DNA of 46,029 nucleotides from UHGV virus genome UHGV-0229940; one strand, given 5' to 3'. Below are positions 42,073-46,029 of this stretch, piece after piece (within the stretch, counting starts at the first letter, position 1; every line of letters starts with the position of its first letter). Below the pieces are notes generated by a model, which made no database searches, was not told where the DNA came from, and saw only the letters and a list, made by a program, of their open reading frames with translations. The position numbers and the translations under genes are program-made. This stretch comes from a virus.

Positions 42073-42402
42073 TTAATCTGCCAACCTTAAATTGAAATTA
42101 ACACCAAATTTTTCACATACTTCCAACATATACTCAAGGGAGACGTTACCAGTGAGATGGATTATGTTGGATACACGAGCCTGAGAGATACCACAAATTT
42201 TAGCAACTTGCTCTTGAGAAAGACCTCTGGATTTAATCTCTCTCTTAAAACGATGTGCAACGAAGTCTCTCATTTCGTCTACATCCATTGGACAAATATA
42301 ACTCTCCATTTCAGCCTCTCTATCAGCCTCCCAATCATCTTGTGGGGCATAAGGGTCAAAAACCTCATTCATCTTTCTTCTTCCGTTTGCGTGAAGTGTC
42401 AA
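42073..42402 (-). CDS. helix-turn-helix (XRE-like) DNA-binding protein; true start probably the Met at 42372
   Basis: HTH segment LSQEQVAKICGISQARVSNI; with first Met the ORF overlaps the upstream gene by 38 nt, with the internal Met MNEVFDPY by 8 nt. Confidence 0.7.
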   Translation of the reverse strand: MTLHANGRRKMNEVFDPYAPQDDWEADREAEMESYICPMDVDEMRDFVAHRFKREIKSRGLSQEQVAKICGISQARVSNIIHLTGNVSLEYMLEVCEKFGVNFNLRLAD

Positions 42403-42577
42403 TTAATGAGTCTATGTTTGTAGCCCTAACCTTTTCACGTTCATCGTTAAGATAATCGTCAAGAGCCTTTTCAATCTGTGAATCATCTTGACAGATAACT
42501 GTAAAGACTGTAAAGCCGTCTGTATCGTCAATTATCTTACCATAACCGCTTCTGGGATGTAACTTTTTAAGAGCCAT
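42365..42577 (-). CDS. hypothetical small protein with basic C-terminal tail, translationally coupled to the HTH gene
   Basis: 70 aa ORF; C-terminus RKRKKKDE. Confidence 0.5.
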   Translation of the reverse strand: MALKKLHPRSGYGKIIDDTDGFTVFTVICQDDSQIEKALDDYLNDEREKVRATNIDSLIDTSRKRKKKDE

Positions 42578-42578
42578 A

Positions 42579-42962
42579 TCAAATACCTGTGCAGCTTCTG
42601 TTTTCTAAGAAATACTCAACACCATATATAGCTTTTTGCATCAAATCTTCTTTAAACTGGATACGGTGGTTGAGCATCGCCTGTACATCAATATCATCAT
42701 GGTGTTTCTCTTTAATGTTTGCAGATTGCAGGAAATACTCTGCAAGAACACGATATTGATAGTCAGTTACCTTATCAGTCATCTCTGTTAAAGATTCTTC
42801 AGAGATTGGTTTAAGTAGCTCACCTTTAGCTAGAGCAACACCTTTTACAATATGGCAAGTGTCTTCTGGAACACCTGATAAGTCCACATTTGGAAGTTCT
42901 GTTGCATTGACTGGTAAATTTATTGCCATAACCATTGCAGCAGCTAATAAAATCTTTTTCAT
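42579..42962 (-). CDS. hypothetical secreted protein with N-terminal signal peptide
   Basis: 127 aa; MKKILLAAAMVMAINLPVNA signal-peptide-like N-terminus. Confidence 0.65.
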   Translation of the reverse strand: MKKILLAAAMVMAINLPVNATELPNVDLSGVPEDTCHIVKGVALAKGELLKPISEESLTEMTDKVTDYQYRVLAEYFLQSANIKEKHHDDIDVQAMLNHRIQFKEDLMQKAIYGVEYFLENRSCTGI

Positions 42963-43010
42963 AATGACCTCAAAGTTATATTAAATTTTGTATTACATTT
43001 AGTATAAAAA

Positions 43011-43051
43011 TAAGCTATAACACCTGACTTGTCAACAGATTTTATAGCTTA
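43011..43051. promoter_or_regulatory. 10 bp perfect inverted repeat TAAGCTATAA/TTATAGCTTA flanking a TTGACA box (candidate promoter/operator for the leftward gene 42579-42962)
   Basis: Reverse complement of 43027-43032 is TTGACA; the inverted repeat arms are 43011-43020 and 43042-43051. Confidence 0.35.
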
Positions 43052-43070
43052 TTTGGCAGATTTTTTATAA

Positions 43071-43470
43071 GGCTACTGCCATCCTTCCATACTTTACCGA
43101 ACATCACCCTACTGAACCCGACCCTACCTCACCCGACCCAACCGAACCGTACCGAGCACAGCCTTATTAAAAGACCCTGTTTAAAGACCTTTTAAAAAGG
43201 CAAGTCTCATTTTAATGTAGCTGAGACTAACTACCCATAACTTACTTCACTAAACCAGACCTTACTTCACTAAACCAAGCATTACTTCACCAAACTATAC
43301 CTTGCATCCCACACCACACCTTACCAAACATCACTTAAAAACCCTTTTAAAAAGCTCTTAAGTAATGTAATCGGATTTTAATGTAGCTCCGATTAACTAC
43401 CCATACCAAATCAGACCTTACCGAACCCTACCTCACAACACACCACCATACCGGACAAAACCACACCTCA
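43071..43470. repeat. repeat family array A: units containing a conserved-loop hairpin, ACTACCCATA box, pyrimidine-rich pentamer repeats and CACTTAAAAACCC / TTAAAAGACCCT boxes
   Basis: Hairpins at 43203-43228 (AGTCTCA/TGAGACT) and 43369-43394 (AATCGGA/TCCGATT) share the loop TTTTAATGTAGC; units are homologous to region 44652-44945. Confidence 0.75.
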
Positions 43471-43487
43471 TTAAAAGACCCTCTTAA

Positions 43488-43520
43488 AGACCTTTTAAAA
43501 AGGAGCCTCCGAAGAGGCTG
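43488..43520 (-). terminator. Rho-independent terminator after gene 43531-43971 (stem AGCCTC/GAGGCT, UUCG loop on minus strand)
   Basis: 6 bp stem at 43504-43519 with CGAA loop on plus strand, preceded on plus strand by TTTTAAAAAGG. Confidence 0.55.
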
Positions 43521-43530
43521 CCTAGTCAAC

Positions 43531-43971
43531 TTAGAAAGGTTTTCTACGTTGCTTGTTAATGTTAGCTTTCATAGCAGCTAAGTGGTTTTGCTGTTCAATC
43601 AGTCGCGAACGTTCTTGATGGCTAAGTGCCATAGTGTTCACATTCTCAATTGCTTGAGTGGCTTGCTTTAAAGCACGACCAATTTTACCAGACATTTTGC
43701 GTTTTGCAATAGTTGCTTGATGCTTAGGTTCAACCACACGATAACCAACACCCATTGAAGCAACCAGATAAATCTTCTCTTCTTTAAGAAGCTTCTCAAT
43801 AAACTTCTCAAGTCGGTTTAGACGTGTAAGTGCATAAGCCTTCATTTCATCTTCGTACTTAACAATGTCACCTTGATAAGTTGGCTTCACAATACCTAAG
43901 AAGGTATCCATCTCAGAGTGTGATACAGTGTCACCGTAACTAAACTTTGCTGCTAATGCTTTTGTATTCAT
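43531..43971 (-). CDS. hypothetical protein
   Basis: 146 aa ORF; second gene of a two-gene unit bracketed by repeat arrays. Confidence 0.6.
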   Translation of the reverse strand: MNTKALAAKFSYGDTVSHSEMDTFLGIVKPTYQGDIVKYEDEMKAYALTRLNRLEKFIEKLLKEEKIYLVASMGVGYRVVEPKHQATIAKRKMSGKIGRALKQATQAIENVNTMALSHQERSRLIEQQNHLAAMKANINKQRRKPF

Positions 43972-43973
43972 AA

Positions 43974-44579
<606 letters not shown>

Positions 44580-44651
44580 TTAGTTGATTGTTAAGTTGTT
44601 TGTAAAGAACCCTCAACAGAAGACTCTTTAGAAACTTGGTAGATTTTTAAC

Positions 44652-44945
44652 GTGGCTACTACCATCCACCCACACTTTACCATACCTCACCGCGCCTTAC
44701 CCGACAGGGCTGCACCTTGCCTTGCCAAACATCACTTAAAAACCCTATGAGATAACCTATCGAGTATAATTTAAAGGCTCTTAAGTGATGCAATCGAATT
44801 TTAATGTAGCTCCGATTAACTACCCATACCCTACTTTACCTTGCCGTACTGTACTTTACCCGACCATACCGGACAATACTTAACCCGACCTCGCCCTACC
44901 GGACATCACTTAAAAACCCTCTTAGAAGACTCTTAAGTGATGCTG
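44652..44945. repeat. repeat family array B, homologous to array A
   Basis: Contains GCTACTACCATCC unit start, CACTTAAAAACCCT boxes, hairpin 44792-44817 with the same loop TTTTAATGTAGC, ACTACCCATACC box. Confidence 0.75.
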
Positions 44946-44972
44946 GTGAGTACCCGTTGGTTTATGCTGCTC

Positions 44973-45000
44973 AGTATACTCACCAAATTTTCTATGTCAA
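44973..45000 (-). promoter_or_regulatory. sigma70-like leftward promoter (TTGACA, 16 nt spacer, TATACT) within an inverted repeat
   Basis: Reverse complement of 44995-45000 is TTGACA and of 44973-44978 is TATACT; overlaps inverted repeat GGTGAGTA/TACTCACC. Confidence 0.55.
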
Positions 45001-45006
45001 CAACTT

Positions 45007-46002
45007 TTATTCATAATCTCGTATAACTAACCCAACAGGGAACTGTAAAGACCCCTTACGAGTCATCTTCTGGAACTGAACCGTTAAAGGTTTCCCGATA
45101 AATTCTTCAGGATGCTCAGCAAGATACTGTTTCTTCTCGTGTGTAGTTTTCCATGAAACATCTACAAAGACGTTAGGAAGAGTCTCTACAACGAACTTAC
45201 CATGACCACGTTTATCAGTCTTTACACCAGTCACTTTAAACTCTTCAGTGTGCATCTTCTTGTGCTTAATCAAGAAGTATGAACGGTGACCACACTCATA
45301 GAAAGATTCTTCAGAGATTGAACGGTACATTGCACCTTCAAACTTAGCTTCAACCCACTTATCATGAGCTTCATCAAACTCTTCCCAAGAATTTACACGG
45401 ATAGTCTGTACAGGAACAACTCTACAGGTATCCCCAAGCTCAACAATAGGTGAGTTATCAATAACTTCACGACGCTCAGGCCAAGATTTTGAATTGTCAC
45501 AGATATCATACCAGTAGAATTTAAGAAGGTGACGGTCTGGATTGTCAGCATTCTTAATCATAGATACAATATCTTCTAAGTCCCAACCATGAGCATAAAT
45601 CTCTCCGTCAAAGTCTTCAACTTGCGGATGTAGTTTAAGCAACAAAAGCAAATCTGGGATTAGTTCTGTTGGAACGTTGTAAACAGTATTCTCACGAGAA
45701 TAAGCTGTGAAACTGACTGAATCAGCATCTCTTGAAATTCTACAACGGACACCATCAAGTTTTGGTTGAGCATCAGCAGGGAACTTCAGATACTTTGCAT
45801 GACTAACCTTTGCAGCATCATGAGCAAGCTGTACACCTACCTTCTCAGTATTCTGTGCAGACTCTTTTGTGTAAGCATAACCTTTGCGGTCAACTTGCTT
45901 TTTATACTTAGCAGCAACTTCAAAGAGGGCTTGCTGTTCAGCGTTACGCTCATTCTTTTTACCGATGTTTTTAGGTTCTGCTGTATACTCTTCAAACATC
46001 AT
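45007..46002 (-). CDS. ATP-dependent DNA ligase
   Basis: 331 aa; nucleotidyltransferase motif I KLDGVR (adenylation lysine) about residue 82. Confidence 0.75.
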   Translation of the reverse strand: MMFEEYTAEPKNIGKKNERNAEQQALFEVAAKYKKQVDRKGYAYTKESAQNTEKVGVQLAHDAAKVSHAKYLKFPADAQPKLDGVRCRISRDADSVSFTAYSRENTVYNVPTELIPDLLLLLKLHPQVEDFDGEIYAHGWDLEDIVSMIKNADNPDRHLLKFYWYDICDNSKSWPERREVIDNSPIVELGDTCRVVPVQTIRVNSWEEFDEAHDKWVEAKFEGAMYRSISEESFYECGHRSYFLIKHKKMHTEEFKVTGVKTDKRGHGKFVVETLPNVFVDVSWKTTHEKKQYLAEHPEEFIGKPLTVQFQKMTRKGSLQFPVGLVIRDYE

Positions 46003-46029
46003 CTTGCCATTTTCTTTACCATAGGTTGT

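Overview
This 46 kb window reads as part of a virulent tailed phage genome (about 38-40% GC), consistent with a contractile-tailed (myovirus-like) phage carrying a lambda-like head module; a Felix-O1-like identity is only a guess and was not checked by search. Layout: (i) 1-640 is a non-coding GA-rich repeat array; (ii) 640-8035 is a leftward (minus-strand) block of small genes including a GH24 endolysin and two paralogous proteins, one with tandem Ig-like domains; (iii) 8036-8263 is a divergent control region; (iv) 8264-10132 encodes a GNPSGRPKG-motif protein and a vWA/MIDAS protein; (v) 10298-15441 is a dense array of about 27 tRNA genes interrupted by structured non-tRNA spacers, internal promoters and three protein ORFs; (vi) 15666-39440 is a rightward morphogenesis module (terminase large subunit, portal, S49 protease/scaffold, decoration protein, lambda-E-like major capsid, sheath, tube, frameshifted chaperone pair, tape measure, baseplate proteins, two His-rich tail fibers); (vii) 39479-46002 is a leftward block with thymidylate synthase, dihydrofolate reductase, an HTH regulator, an ATP-dependent DNA ligase and two intergenic regions filled with a paralogous repeat family. 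All coordinates and tRNA anticodons were derived by eye from the sequence; no search or folding tool was run, so tRNA ends may be off by a few bases and most protein functions are motif-level calls. The most unusual signals are the covarying stem elements and a permuted tRNA-like segment inside the tRNA array, the vWA protein sitting directly upstream of the array, and the repeat family bracketing a two-gene cassette next to the ligase.
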